Source: Selaginella moellendorffii | Taxonomy: Eukaryota > Plantae > Lycopodiophyta | Length of the DNA stretch: 64,000 nucleotides | Assembly: GCF_000143415.4 (NCBI RefSeq) | Contig: NW_003314320.1 | Coordinates: 1,202,796 to 1,266,795, forward strand | Direction: 5' to 3' | In this document: positions 1 to 13,100 of the stretch, piece by piece | Numbering within the stretch: position 1 is the first letter of the stretch | Layout of the letters: each line of letters starts with the position of its first letter | The notes under the pieces: model-generated | Told to the model about the DNA's origin: nothing | Databases searched by the model: none | Seen by the model: only the letters and a program-made list of their open reading frames with translations | Made by a program: the position numbers and the translations under genes

Positions 1-1646
1 AACCTCTTTTCTGGAATTCAATAACATAAATATATGCGATGCACTTCCCAAAAATTCCTTTGATACTTATATCATATAGGAATTCTTTTAGTTTTAAGTT
101 GAAAACTCTTGAAATAAAATCAAGTCAATTCTCAAATAATTCATTCAACTGTAAGTTTTACACAACTTCAAGCCCTTTTGGGTTACATATAAATGTAATA
201 AATAAGTCAGGTTTTCCAAAATGTGTGACAATAGCAATAACATCTTGATAATATTATTGCATTGCTCATGGGCTACCAAGAAATGTAGAAAGTAAAATTA
301 TAACTTTTCCAAATTCAACATTATTAATAGTAACTCTGTTGCCAACATAGTCCATAAGACCTATGTAATAATCCAATTTTAAGTGTTTTTTATGAGTGTG
401 AAAGAAATTAAAGTTGTTAAATTCAACCTTTACATAAGCATCAACCATAAACTGTTGAGTGAACTTTCCAGCATGTAACAATTGATCATAAAGGAAAGAG
501 TTGCCAATGTTATCTCATTAAAATAATACTAAAGTAATGTTACATGTGACTCATTGTGGTAGGTTTTTTCATGCCAACCTTTATCACCAAATGGTAAAAG
601 TAAAGGATAAACCATAAAATCATAATTTTCATTAAGAATAGAAACTTTTTTGGTTGTGAGTTAGATGGATATATGTGTATTTCTCTATCAAAAGATGGCT
701 TACCCTCATCAATAGCGAAAAAAACAGCAACATCATTAGTCTATGGCAAGTTATAACAATGTAAATTAGTACCTTCACTTTTAACAATCATGTAAATATT
801 ATATTTCGGAGTTCCATTGCAAATTGAGAGATATTGTTCTTGTGATTCAAAATCATACATCATTTGAAAAACTTGTGCATATGGGTTTATTATTCTTAGC
901 AAGTGATTTAATTGTAATAGCAAATTAGGATCATAATTTGTGTGGAATGGGTTTTGCTTTCTAATATTTGTAGCCTCAGATACGTCAAACATGTAAAATA
1001 CTATTGCTTTAGCATATCCTGCTGCTAAACATGCCACCAACATATGGACAACTATCCATATGATGGTGGCATGTTTAGCAACAGGATATACTAAAGCAAT
1101 ATTGTGATAAATTTGATTCTGTATTGTAAAGTGATATGGGCCTTTACCACTTAAATTATTAACATTAGTACCCATTGATGCAAAAGCCAAATCACTATTG
1201 AAATTTCTTATGTTAATTTTAAAGTTTGAGTTTTTATTTTCATTAAAAAGCATATGCAATATATGGGGAAGGGAAACCTTTCCATTCTTGCAGCATATTA
1301 ATCTTGACTCGTTTTCAAAATGTAATGCACCATAAAATACAAATATAAATGACATATTTCCAATATTAAATATATGTATTATATGGTCATTATAATTCTT
1401 TTGATATGCTAATTTATAGACAGTATAACTATGATGATTGCATGCATTTATATTAGTTTCATTAGCATTTTTAAGGTCTATATTTGTATAATCTTCATTA
1501 GTATGTGCTATGTTTATATTAGCATTGTCAAGATCTGAAGTAATTTTTGCATTAGCATGTTCAAAGTCTAGATTAGTTTCTTCATTAACACATGCAAGGT
1601 TGTTGTGAGTGTGAATATATGTGCTAGTGTCAATAGTTGGAAGCAA
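1..1646 (-). mobile_element. Helitron Rep/helicase, N-terminal part, decayed; continues off the left edge
   Basis: Minus-strand translation gives Helitron_like_N motifs: CCKNGKV, IRNFNSDLAFASMG, QNQIYH, GKFTQQFMVDAYVKVE, LLSTFLGSP*AMQ*YYQDVIAIVTHFGKPDLFITF. Stops and frameshifts are present and the sequence is very AT-rich. Confidence 0.9.
1002..1101. repeat. 47-bp-arm fold-back inverted repeat inside the Helitron ORF
   Basis: tattgctttagcatatcctgctgctaaacatgccaccaacatatgga, loop caacta, then its reverse complement with 3 mismatches. Confidence 0.9.
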
Positions 1647-2961
1647 CTAGTGAGGTATACTTCATAATACTTCTGAAGCTAAGGTATATTTGCTAGGGAG
1701 GAAGTTTTATTTGATAAATGAAATGAAATAACCTATCTAGTGCAAATTTAAACTTAAGGCAAGAAGTAGATGTGAGTGATGCATCAATCTAAAAGAAAAT
1801 CAAAGCACTTATCTTAAAATTTTTAGAGATTGCCACAACTTGCATTCTTCCACTGGAAAAAAAAATATATAAAAAAAATCGAAGACTATACTGTGAGAGC
1901 ACAATCTGTACATGCCTTAAGCTATAAACAAAAGAGATTAATCTAGCAACCAACAAAACCTAAACATAGGACTGGCACACCTTTTCCAAGGTGTGGTGAG
2001 AATTCAAAAAACCTCCCATGCTTTTTAGAATACAATGATGCTTGAGCCATGAGAGGTGGGTGGGGTTTGCAAGTTCAAGAACTCACCTTGGGCTTGTTCT
2101 CTCTCACGGAAGGATAGAGACTGCAAACTCTCTAATGGTTCTTCATAAACCCAAATGAAGGCGTCTCAAATTTCCACAGCACATAAAAATCTAGATTGTT
2201 GTGGTTGGGGGCCAAATTAGTGGCTGCCAACCTAACGCTAAACATGGATCTCCATAAGAAGAAGTGTAATTGCTGTGATTGCCAGTGATCTAGCAAGCAA
2301 GCATTAGCTCAATTGCGGCAGAGCATCTAGGTGAGTTAAAAAGAATGGGTACAAGGGCAGGACACATAAATGACACATGTCAGATGCTTATGTTGCCTTG
2401 TTTGAAGCCAATGAGCACTGGAGCTGTGCTGGTCTCCCATTGGCCAGGGCTAACATCAGGAAAATTTTTCATGCAACCATGCAAACAGAGCTTGGCCTGG
2501 GCCTGGGATACAATGGCTGGCAGGCCTCCTTGCTAGAGGGAACCATTCATATTGGAGACCCACAGGCATGTGCCGGCTTGCTTCTCATCCAAATTTATAG
2601 ACTTTCCTAAAACACTTCCTAGTATATTCCAATTTATTCTACCATCTAATGGTTGATAGACAATAAGATAAATCTTGTGTTTATAAATTATAAACATACA
2701 TTTGATCAATTGAATTGAATAACACAACTATTAAATAAACCAAGCATTATTGTATGCAACACATAGCAAATAATTTAATTATCAATATCAGTTTTCATGT
2801 AGCTCTCACAAAAACAAATTGGTTTGAATAAAATGAAATTAAATACATATACATGTTCCAACATAATTCTTTTATGTATAGCTATAAATCTGGAATTGAT
2901 AGTTATCAATATATATAACATTTATGCAACTAAAATCAACCTGGTTTTTATTATACATAAC

Positions 2962-3053
2962 ATATAATTTTCTTAAGTATATTTTGAGACTATAATTGAT
3001 AAACCCTAAACCATATCAATTATAGTCTCAAAATATACTTAAGAAAATTATAT
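2962..3053. repeat. Perfect 40-bp inverted repeat with a 12-nt loop containing plant telomere repeat sequence
   Basis: Arms 2962-3001 and 3014-3053 are exact reverse complements; the loop is aaccctaaacca. Confidence 0.95.
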
Positions 3054-3104
3054 ATAAAAATTATAGTTCTTTGAAGTTTTATTCTGAAAGTGTAATATAA
3101 TATA

Positions 3105-3335
3105 ATTTTCAATATAGACAATGTTGTGGTGTATGTAATACGAAACTAGAAGACAATATTGTTTTTAGTGTAGATGTTATATCATTCTCTCAACTACTAT
3201 AATAAAACTAGAACAAAATATAGTTTTTAGTATAGATAATATTCTGTTGTATTATATTATACAAAATTGGAACATAATATAGTTTATCATATAGACAATA
3301 TCAACCAATATTTTCAAACTGGAAAACAAAATTTA
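3105..3335. repeat. Degenerate tandem repeat with a period of about 60 bp
   Basis: Recurring AAA(C/T)T(A/G)GAA..AATAT.GTTT.. TAGA units at about 3143, 3205, 3264 and 3317. Confidence 0.5.
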
Positions 3336-6300
3336 TGAAAAAAAAATTTATTATATGAATAAGTTGCAGTTTATAATACCTTGAACAATAGGCTAGTATG
3401 GTATGGAAGTGTGTTGTCTTCCTTCCAAAACCCATTTTCAACTACATATAAAGGATGAATGGTGTATTTTCTCCTTGACAATATTCTTTTGACATTGCAC
3501 TATTTTGGAAACTAATGATGTCTCTAACCAGAACTTGTCTAAAGAAATTCCCATACTCTTTTAGTAAGATAAATAAATTTATATTACTACTATTTAGTAT
3601 AGGATGTTGAGTAAGGCTTTTTCTGCCTGCCTTTGTATTCTCACCCTTGCTTGCAAAACAATGTCAAATAGACAAAGACAAGAACATAGAAGGAGAGAAA
3701 AAAAAAGAATGAGAAAATAGATTATAGAAGAATTGAGCCTCAAACTCTAAAGGCGTAAGTAAGGATAAGTATATGTCACTCTCTCAATTCTACAGTCATA
3801 AACGGGAGAAAAAATGGTTAATTTAATGCAAATGCATACAACAGTGAGTGGGAGATTATTATCTAGCATGTCTAAGTGTTATTGATTTTATAACCATTCC
3901 CAACTACTTCTCGCATATATCAGGTCTTTCTTCTTTGGATGTTTAAACTTAAGTGTAACTCTATTTCACCTAACTTTTTTTCTCTGCTCTGCCTAGGAAG
4001 ATATATAAGAATAAAACATTTTCCTCTTCATCAAATATCCTCTCCTAATGCTATATATAAACTCCATCCACTTGGCTGGTACCTCCGTTATATATCAGTT
4101 TCTTCCTGGATTTTGACTATATCACCTATTGCCACTTTTATTGGACTATCATTGTTGAAGACACCTCTTGGAAAAACCATATCCAAAATCAAATGGAAGT
4201 GGTTCTAAGTGTGGCACAATAGAAACCTTTTTGGAGTATAATATCCATTGGTAGGATGCAAGTGTGATCAAACTGAACAATCCCTAGAGCTAAAACATGC
4301 CAATTAGTATAGTGATCCACTACTAGAGCTTCTCTTGGGTAATTTCAATTTACTTTTTTTCATTATACACCACTTTTGGCACTAAAAATATTTGTCATGT
4401 CTAGTACCAACTTTCCTCCCAGTGGCTGACCAACAGCCCTACATATGAAACAACATAAGCTTAAGAAAAAAAGTAAAAAGAGGACTTACATCTTGTTAGA
4501 AGGTAGCAATAGGCAATCTTCTAACTCTTACTCTTACTACTCGAAGTAGACTGTTTGTTGCCATGCAATTCCAACATTTGCATTACTCACAACTGGCACA
4601 AGCTAAAAACTTTAACACCACATCCTCCATTTTCTACAGCTCAAAGCAAGCACTAAGAGTGAGATAACAAAACCATTGATTGAGGTATTAAAAATAATTA
4701 TCTTATTAAACATATGTGGTAATGGTAGAAGAATGTTTTTTACTTCTACTTGACACTTCTTCATCCTTGGATTTTTCTTTTTCTGTTGTTATTCTTGCAA
4801 CAAGACAAGCATCATGATGGAGGGATTAGCAAAGTAAAACTTTCAATACTAGTAGCATGTTTAAGTTCTTGTTGCTCTTTAGACCATAGCAAAGATTGAC
4901 TCCTATCTAGACAAGTACAATACAAGGAAAATAAGTTAGAACTGAAAAGGCTTTTTTATTTCTCTATTTACTCACTTAAGTAGACAACTTGGAAGAATAC
5001 TCATCTTTGTCCTAGATTGTACACAGCCATCTAAGCCTTATAGATAAATCTAACTTATTTCCTTGGATGGCCTCCAATCACTTCAATGCTTGTCTTAATT
5101 GTGGACTCTTGTCCTTGGTCTTGTAATAAGTTGCAATGCTAAGCTCAAAGAAAATCAATGCATTCCCAAACTATTGCAAGTTTATTAATGCTAGAGACCA
5201 AGAATATCAATAAAGGACCAAGAATTATCAAGATTGCTTATTGTCCCTAATATGTACTACAATTCTAGAAACCTTAGCCCCCACAATAGCATTCTAGAAT
5301 GGCAAAGCCTTGCGACACTCTCCTGGAGGAGAAATCCCTAGTGCCATGGTCTTTAAGCATTAGAATATTCATAGAATCTCCCTGCCTGAATTAAAATATT
5401 CATCCATTAGCTCAATCAGCTGACAATATGCAGTCAGGATACATCCAAAATTGGCTTGGCACCCAAAATGAAGAGTTGGGCGATACATTGGGTCAAATTT
5501 ATCAGTTCTAAGTGTGGTTGATAATAATGCATAACAAGAATTAACAACTATCACTAAAGTAGTATAGAATCAAATTATCATTTCTTCATTTAAAATGAAC
5601 AAATATCCATAAAAGTTTGACATAGTAACCTTGAAATAAATAGTGCAACTACTACTTGAATTAAAGCTTTCTTTTGCCAACACAAAGTGATACTTTAGAA
5701 GTGAGAAATACATCTACCAATTGCCAAATTCATAAAAAATTGAAATTGTGAAGGCCTTAAGTACATTGCTAAATAGGCTGTGAAGTTTGGATAGTTGATC
5801 ATTTTTAAAGAGGTTTGGTCCAAAAATACTTAGGACTACCACAATAATATTTACTAGAAAAATATACTAAAACTATATCTATTTCCAAAATATATTGTGA
5901 ATCATTCTTTATTTATAACAATATATGTAAATTATACTAAAACTTAAGTGCATAAAAAGACCAAAACATTATTCCAAAATTACTCTCTCCATTAGTTAAT
6001 TTTAAACTTTATCTATATCGGTGAATTATATAGAAACTATAGAAACCACACTGAAAACCACTCCTAGACTGATTGTCAAATAGCATATAAATAATATTAA
6101 AAACCAGATTTGTTATGGTCCCAAACTAGAGTATAACTGAATTAAAAAAACATTCCCAAAACCAGTGGTATATATAGATTTTTCTAGTTATTTTTAAAAA
6201 TATTTTCTGTAATGTAGCATAAAATTTTATATACTTTATTATGAATTGAGAAAATTTATAAGAAATATTTATCTTAATAAAATGACTCAAAAGCATAAAC

Positions 6301-6930
6301 TTATAATATTATCAGAGAATTTGATAAATTATAACTTATGAGCTATAATTATGAAATATATTAGTAATATTATGTACCTAAAAATAAGGTTAAAAAATAA
6401 AAAGGACATTCTTAAAAACGTACTGGATATTTCAATTTATGAAAATTTACAATAAATATTTAATTTTAGGAATGTGTGACGACTGAAATTTAGAAAATCA
6501 AAATTACACGAGCCTAGAGTCGGAGCGTGCAAGGCCTTAAATGCGAGAAATGATTGTGGAATTCCTTGAATCCGCAAGAGATCTTACGCTGGATTCGGTT
6601 ATGATTCTAGCTAGCGACAATCACTGACTGACGATGACCACTCTCAAAGCGAGGAAGGAAGAACGATGCCCATCGAATTGAATGTGCGACTTGCTATATA
6701 GGAATCCGTATGGAGTCCTTACCGCAGTATTTTCTTCTTGCTTGCTTGGTCGGTCTCTCTCTCTCCATCGCTCGTGTGCCGTGCGTGCGTGCGTGCGCTC
6801 TACCTACGAGATCTTCTATCTAATCCCACGGGCACCCACTTTAAAATCGCGAATCCACTATATATCTGCTTGGTACTCCCCTCCTTCGATCGATCAACCG
6901 ATCGATCATTCGTTCGATCGCGAAATCATC

Positions 6931-7647
6931 ATGTCTGCTACTGCTACTGCTGCTGCTGGTACAAGTGATTCGAGCGCGCGAGAATCACCACCTGGGCCAG
7001 CGGCGGCGAATCGGGGCCATGCGAGGAAGAAGAAGATCAGCAGGAAGAACAGCGAGTACCGGGGCGTGAGGCGGCGTCCCTGGGGGAGATTCGCGGCGGA
7101 GATTCGCGATCCAAACACGAAGGAGCGGCGGTGGCTGGGGACGTTTGATACCGCCGAGGAGGCGGCGCTTGCCTACGATGTGGCCGCTAGGGCAATGCGA
7201 GGGATTCGCGCGCGCACCAATTTCGTCTTTGATCAATCTGATCGTTCAGCGGTGGCAGCAGCAGCAGCAGCAGCCGCGCCGCGATCTTCCTCTTCTTTCT
7301 GCGGGATCTCGAAATATCCTTCCTCTTCCAGTTCTTCGATGATGATCCAGCAGCAGCCCGGCGGCGCCAAGAGCCCCAAGCAGGTGGAGATCGAGCAAGT
7401 CCTGGAGAAATGCCGCATCTATCAGCTCCAGATCCAGAGCAAGAACATCCAGCACGATCAATCGAGGGAGCGCGCAATGGCTGGTCCGGACTTCCCCCTT
7501 GCCCGCGACGACGACAATCTCCTCCAGATCCTCCAGCAGCCATCGCCTCAGCAGGAATGGGATCTCGGGGCGGCGATTGGTTTCTCGACCCAGGAACACG
7601 AGATGATCGATTACTATGGCGAATCGAGCTTCTACTGTTTAACATAG
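6931..7647 (+). CDS. AP2/ERF transcription factor, ERF group VIII-b (DRN/ESR1/PUCHI-like), intronless
   Basis: [56 protein letters not shown]. The [13 protein letters not shown] and ARTNF motifs are typical of the DRN/ESR subgroup. A TATA-like ctatata lies at about 6858, just before ATG 6931. Confidence 0.9.
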   Translation: MSATATAAAGTSDSSARESPPGPAAANRGHARKKKISRKNSEYRGVRRRPWGRFAAEIRDPNTKERRWLGTFDTAEEAALAYDVAARAMRGIRARTNFVFDQSDRSAVAAAAAAAAPRSSSSFCGISKYPSSSSSSMMIQQQPGGAKSPKQVEIEQVLEKCRIYQLQIQSKNIQHDQSRERAMAGPDFPLARDDDNLLQILQQPSPQQEWDLGAAIGFSTQEHEMIDYYGESSFYCLT

Positions 7648-8240
7648 AAATAAAAGAGTTTTTAGGGCTCTTGTGTATTGAGTAGTCGAGGTCATGGCGC
7701 CCGCGGCTACCACGGCGATCGCGTCGGCTTCCACCACAGATCGCCTCCTCCGCCGCCAGCTTCCAATGGTATGCACTTCGATTTCTGGGGATTTTTGGCG
7801 AAATCTCGAAGATTATAGCTGCCTTGTTGGTGAGGATATTGCCGAGGCCTATACGTAGACAAATGTATATGTCTGGTGTGCCTTAGATTGTTTACTGAGG
7901 CGCTGGAAGAGCTACACCGGCTGTGTTTCTCTCCCTCTGGATCAAGGTGAGCGTTTGATTCATAATTCTCAAAGTTTGTGATCGTTTTTTTTTTGTTTTG
8001 TTTTTGCCAGTAGACCACTTTGGGACATTGTGACACATATGGTAACGTCTGTGCCACTTCCCACTCCTGGACACAGCCAAGTGTTGTTTTCGCTGGAAAG
8101 CCGTGAAGAGCTATCTATCTGTGTATAGATATTGCTTGTTATTCCCTACTTCGCTGCTAGTGCTCCCAGGATTTGCTTGGAAGCAAGTTCCCGGCTTGTA
8201 ATGTGGTGGAAAGAAGAGCAAAGAAAGCCACCGTGTGATC
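7648..8240 (+). pseudogene. Collapsed duplicate: SCD1 5' fragments joined to the 3' end of the MBOAT gene
   Basis: 7648-8130 aligns in order, with many deletions, to 10121-10915 (introns included). 8146-8236 aligns to 19800-19908. Confidence 0.9.
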
Positions 8241-8685
8241 GAGGAGAGCTTCTGGAGGTAAGGTTTTTTTTTTTCTAATTTGCTCGGTTGGCTCTATTCC
8301 CAGTTCTCCATGTTTTGCTATTGTTTGGTTTCACAGTCCCATCTTCTGGAAAATTCGCCGCTCTCTGTCTGAAGGTGACAATATTTCTTCTCTCACTCAC
8401 GCTATACACTTCGTCAAGGCGGAAGCACGGAGGCGTGAAGTGTTACAACAATGCTCTTTGCAACTCCTGCGTGTAAGACTTGCCTAGTCTGTTTTTCTCA
8501 ATATTGAATTTTCTGCCCTTGCCTAGTGGAACCCAAAGATGTAAAACACATCAATCCGGAGCAAGAAGAGGAAGAACGAAGTGGCAAAAATCTCCGTATC
8601 ATTGGTATAGAGGACAATGTCTTGCCAGAATCTTCCGAGGCTGAAAAGTTTCAAGCGGCTTTAGCTTACTAGAATCTTGTTGTAG

Positions 8686-8865
<180 letters not shown>

Positions 8866-9083
8866 TAAGTTGTGGCGTGGCGATGTATAGAAGAAGAATG
8901 GCAGAAACGGTAACTGCGAAGAACCACTGAAACTTCGAAACCACTGAAAAATCGCATAAGCTAAGCAGAGATTACATGATCAAAAGACTTCTCCATTCGT
9001 AAATTAATCCGCTTGGCCAAAAACTAAGCCCTGGCTTTAATAATCGCAGAAGATGGCGGAAGAACTCTAGGTGAGAGTGAGCA

Positions 9084-9743
9084 ATGGCACGCGTGTCGCT
9101 TGAGGAGCTCTTGCCGGATCCACGGATTGTTTTCGGGGATGAGAGCTGGATCAGCAAGCATCTCCCAGATCCATGGAAGAATCCGCGGGCTTCCTTGGCG
9201 GGTATCTGGAAGAGTTACTGGCGTACAGGTAAATCCTTTTGTTGTGTCTGTTGCTTGCGCATTGCGAGTCGCTCAATTTGCAGTGGCGACTTCGACGGCA
9301 GGCGGCCAGGCGGGATCCTCTTCCTGTGCGCCAAATGCTATTACGACATGTATGCTGCGCTAGACGAGAAGCTTGAACAGGTCGACCATGATCGAGAGAG
9401 CTACGTTCTCTACGGCGTGTTGCTCAATCGGGGATACCGAGTGTCGTTTTACAAGTGGGAGCGGCATCCTGATGGCACGGTCACAAAGGTGGTGTGCCAC
9501 ACAATCTACACTTTCAGGCGTCCCTACGAAGTGCGTGAGATAATTGGGCCAACCATTCGGGGCATGCTCAACGAGGTGCAGGACAACAGCGAGCTCGAAG
9601 TTCTTGAGGGTGGCATACATGTCAAGGCGCATTCCGAAAGTGAGAGGGCGGATCCAAAGTGGCTTGACTACCCTGCTATAATGTTTAAGCCCTCAATGTG
9701 GCGACTCAATGGAGAAGCTCCACCCGGGGTTTCATATCTGTGA
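9084..9743 (+). CDS. Intronless 219-aa protein of unknown function with a CxxC..CxxC-like cluster
   Basis: Open ATG-TGA frame with coding-like composition and FCCVCC...LCAKC. No family recognised. Confidence 0.5.
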   Translation: MARVSLEELLPDPRIVFGDESWISKHLPDPWKNPRASLAGIWKSYWRTGKSFCCVCCLRIASRSICSGDFDGRRPGGILFLCAKCYYDMYAALDEKLEQVDHDRESYVLYGVLLNRGYRVSFYKWERHPDGTVTKVVCHTIYTFRRPYEVREIIGPTIRGMLNEVQDNSELEVLEGGIHVKAHSESERADPKWLDYPAIMFKPSMWRLNGEAPPGVSYL

Positions 9744-10169
9744 ACATTTACAGCTGCAATGCTGAAGCCTCGTCCTCACACCAAGCAGCTCCTCAACCAT
9801 ACAATAACCGTGAGATATCCTATAGGAGGAACTACCACCTTTTATCAGTTTGAAATGGAAAGGGATGGAGACCACTAAGCAGAACGTCCACAACTGATAC
9901 AATATCAACACCACACATTTTTAACATTTCGAAGGCACAGTATTCATGGTTCATTATAAGAAATCCTTTTTGTAAAAATGGTCCCAAGAATTATAAGATT
10001 TCTCTCCAAAATCTCAGGAGCAAAGTCGTGAAGAAATGTCGCATCTAAGATCCACCCAAAATATAAAATTTCTTGCCCGTGACGACGACAATCAATGGGA
10101 TCGACGAGATGAGATAGAGTAGAAATAAAAGGTTACCTCGAAATTTTTAGGGTTCTTGAGTATGATGCC

Positions 10170-13100
10170 ATGGCGAAGTTAGTGGAGTATTTCCTCGTCT
10201 GCGGCCTCGGTCCAGAGGTCCAGGCATCGAATGGCGCCCGCGGCTACCACGGGAGTTCCGGCGTCTCCTATAGTCCATCGCTGCTGGATCAGTTCCCTCC
10301 GGCTTCCACAGATCGGCCTCCTCCGCCGCCCCAACTTCCAATGGTATGCACTTCGATTTCTGGGGATTCCTAGCGAAAAATCGATTTTCTTAGTGCGTTC
10401 TACCGGGTGGAGTGGCATTTCATTCGACTGGATTCATAATCACGGACGAATCGAGCTATCCTCGCAGCTATCCAATTATCTTAACTGGTAGTGTTGATTG
10501 TTTATTCCTCTTACAGTCCTATCTTGAGTGCTCTAGACGGCGATGGATCTAAGATCTACGTTAGCTGCGTTGCCTTTCGAGATCCAGTTGATGAGGATAT
10601 TGCCGAGGCATACCGCATTCCTGCGAACTCATACGTAGACAAATGTATATGTCTGGTGTCACACTCGCCTTGCTTTAGATTGTTTGCAGAGGCGCTGGAA
10701 GAGCTTCACCGGCTGTGTTTCTCTCCCTCTGGATCAAGGTGAGCGTATGATCTGTTATCTCTTCGATTCAAAGTTTGTGTTCGTTTTTTTTTTTCTTTGC
10801 CAGTAAACCACTCTGGGATATTGTGGCACATATGGTAACGTCTGTGCCACTTCCCACTCCTGGACAGAGCCAAGTTTTGTTTTCTCTGGAAAGCCGTCTT
10901 CTGTGTATAGATATGCCTCCGAAGGGCGGTTTTCCTCACGCAGACGTACGATTTCCATTCACAGGACACTAAATTTTTTACTAACCATTGGAGTTTTGGT
11001 TTGCAGATGTCATTTCAACCTCTCCTACAATGCTTGGATGTAGATAATGTTTTGCAGCTCTTTGTTTCTATTCTTCTTGAGAGACGGGTTCTTCTTCGGG
11101 CTAACAAGTAAGATGACGTTGTAAATGTTTCCATTTTATCTTTTGGTGTTCGGTACAGGCTTTCGTTGTTGACAATGGTTGCGGAAGCTGTATGCCATCT
11201 TATCTATCCAATCAAGTGGCAGGTACATTCTCAGACGACTGTATGCATGCGTTTAAACTTTTATGTGTGAGCAGCATGTGTACATTCCAGTATTATTTTA
11301 CGCTGGAGTCGACTACATTGAGGCTCCGACTCCCTATTTGATGGGTCTTCATTCGGCTGTTGACATCTCTAACTTTTCGCTGGACGGGGTATGATGTCAA
11401 ATGAACTTCGGTTTTTCCGCTTTACATGTCTTCTTACTCCACAGGTGGTGGTTGTGGATCTGGAAAACAATCAGATATTTTCCTCAGAAGCCATACCTCC
11501 TCTTACGGAACCTGAAGGCTCAATTCTGCGAAGAGACCTTGTGCGCTTACTGTATCCAAATGTAGTTCATTTGGATCGTGCTCGCAAAACAATTGGCGAT
11601 CCCTGCTATGATGATCTAAGGCTTGGAAATAAGAAATGGAATGAGCAACATGATTTGGAACTGAGGTATGGACTGATACGAATGTTTCTCTTACGCGTGC
11701 TAAGCAAGTACCACATTCCAGGCTTATTTTTCTCCAGTTTTTTGCATCAGTTTTGCCTGACTACCGCAAATTTGTGGTAAGTGGTGCATCTTCTTTTAGA
11801 TGCGTACTATCTAGTCAAATCTTACGACAGGGGGCTGCGATTGCTCTCCTGGATGCAGGGCAGTGCTCACGTAGCGATGAATGTTTTCAATACGCAAGCT
11901 TTCTTGAAAAAACGTGCAAGAGCCCTTGGACGTCAACCTGATCCCATGGCAAGTCTTTGGCTTTTTCGTGGTTTGTTTTTTTTTTTTTACTGGTTTACGG
12001 TGTGCAGATTTTTCAGCTATTGAACTCCCAAGGATTTATGGATTTTCTGGATCGAGGATATGGTGCACCTGATGCGGGTTTAAATCTCGTGGATAAACTT
12101 CAGAGTGCTATCGCTAATAGCGAATCTCGTGGAGCCATTCTACCTCTGCCGTACGACGAGCCTGAAATCATAACCGTTGCAGATATACAGAGTAAAGGTC
12201 CAGGTGAGGAGAAATCGTTAGTTGGTTTTCTAAGGATTCAACCACCTGTGTTTCAGCTGCAAGGTCAAGATTTTGTTATGATCGATTTCCTGCCAACGTG
12301 AGGACTCAGTTTGAGGAGGAGAAACGAAGTGCGGTTTTGGCTAAAGCAAACGCAAGTTTCGACCGTCCCAATAGACCAGCTGTTTCAAGGTGAATACGAT
12401 TTTATCTGTTGGAAAATGTTGTCTAATCAACTTTTGTTTTTACAGTCCTGTTTCAGGGAGTTTCAGTCCACGAGAAAGAGCTGTAAGTATTATGGTTTTC
12501 TGCACATTTACAGTAAAAGACTCATTCAGGCTGAGCGGGACCGCATGGTGCTCGACATAAAAGTCAAACTCCAGGTACTTGCTAACTTGTCAATACGCAA
12601 TCTTACGGGTTTTTAAAACTCAGGGATTGTGGCTACGGCTTCTCAATTTAAGTTCTGTAGAGGATCCCTTTTCGTCGTTTGAATATGGCACCATACTCGG
12701 TAAGATCTCTTTCTCATTACGTAGTGCTCCTAAGCTTTTTTTCTGCAGCTTTGATTGAGTCCGATGCGGAAGGTATTGGTGGAAGTGGATTTGTTGAGTG
12801 TGTCAGGGAGCATATTCACTCGGTAAGCTAAATGTTTTTGGTACACGCTGTTCTAAAGCTCGAACCTTTGCAGGGGTGGCAATGTCGTGTTTCCGAGGAA
12901 CAATTTATGGCAGTTAAAGAGCTTGTAAGTACTCTTTTGTTGTCTTTAAGTTCTCTCCAATCTTTTATTCTTTTCCTTTGCAGGTGAAAACCATTGTCAA
13001 TCGTGCTACTTCACGCAATGATATGGAAACAGTTCGGGATGCACTGGAGATTTCTGCCGAAGTTCACCGTCGTGATGCTGGCAATATTTTAGACTTTGTA

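Larger units (their letters stand above)
1647..6470. other. AT-rich, CpG-depleted decayed repeat/TE tract, possibly the rest of the Helitron with degraded minus-strand exons
   Basis: Composition shifts sharply to normal genic DNA near 6.5 kb. Stop-riddled coding-like patches and splice-like signals occur on the minus strand at about 3.4-5.8 kb. No family could be recognised. Confidence 0.4.

Noticed and set aside
2345-2610. GC-richer patch with short ORFs as a Helitron-captured gene
   Set aside because: No recognisable homology; cannot be supported without a search.
3105-3335. Repeat-spacer-like periodicity suggesting a CRISPR array
   Set aside because: The units are degenerate and AT-rich, the context is eukaryotic and there are no cas genes; it is an ordinary decayed tandem repeat.
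6682-6930. 83-codon N-terminal extension of the ERF ORF
   Set aside because: It contains a TATA-like box and simple repeats; ATG 6931 is the more plausible start.
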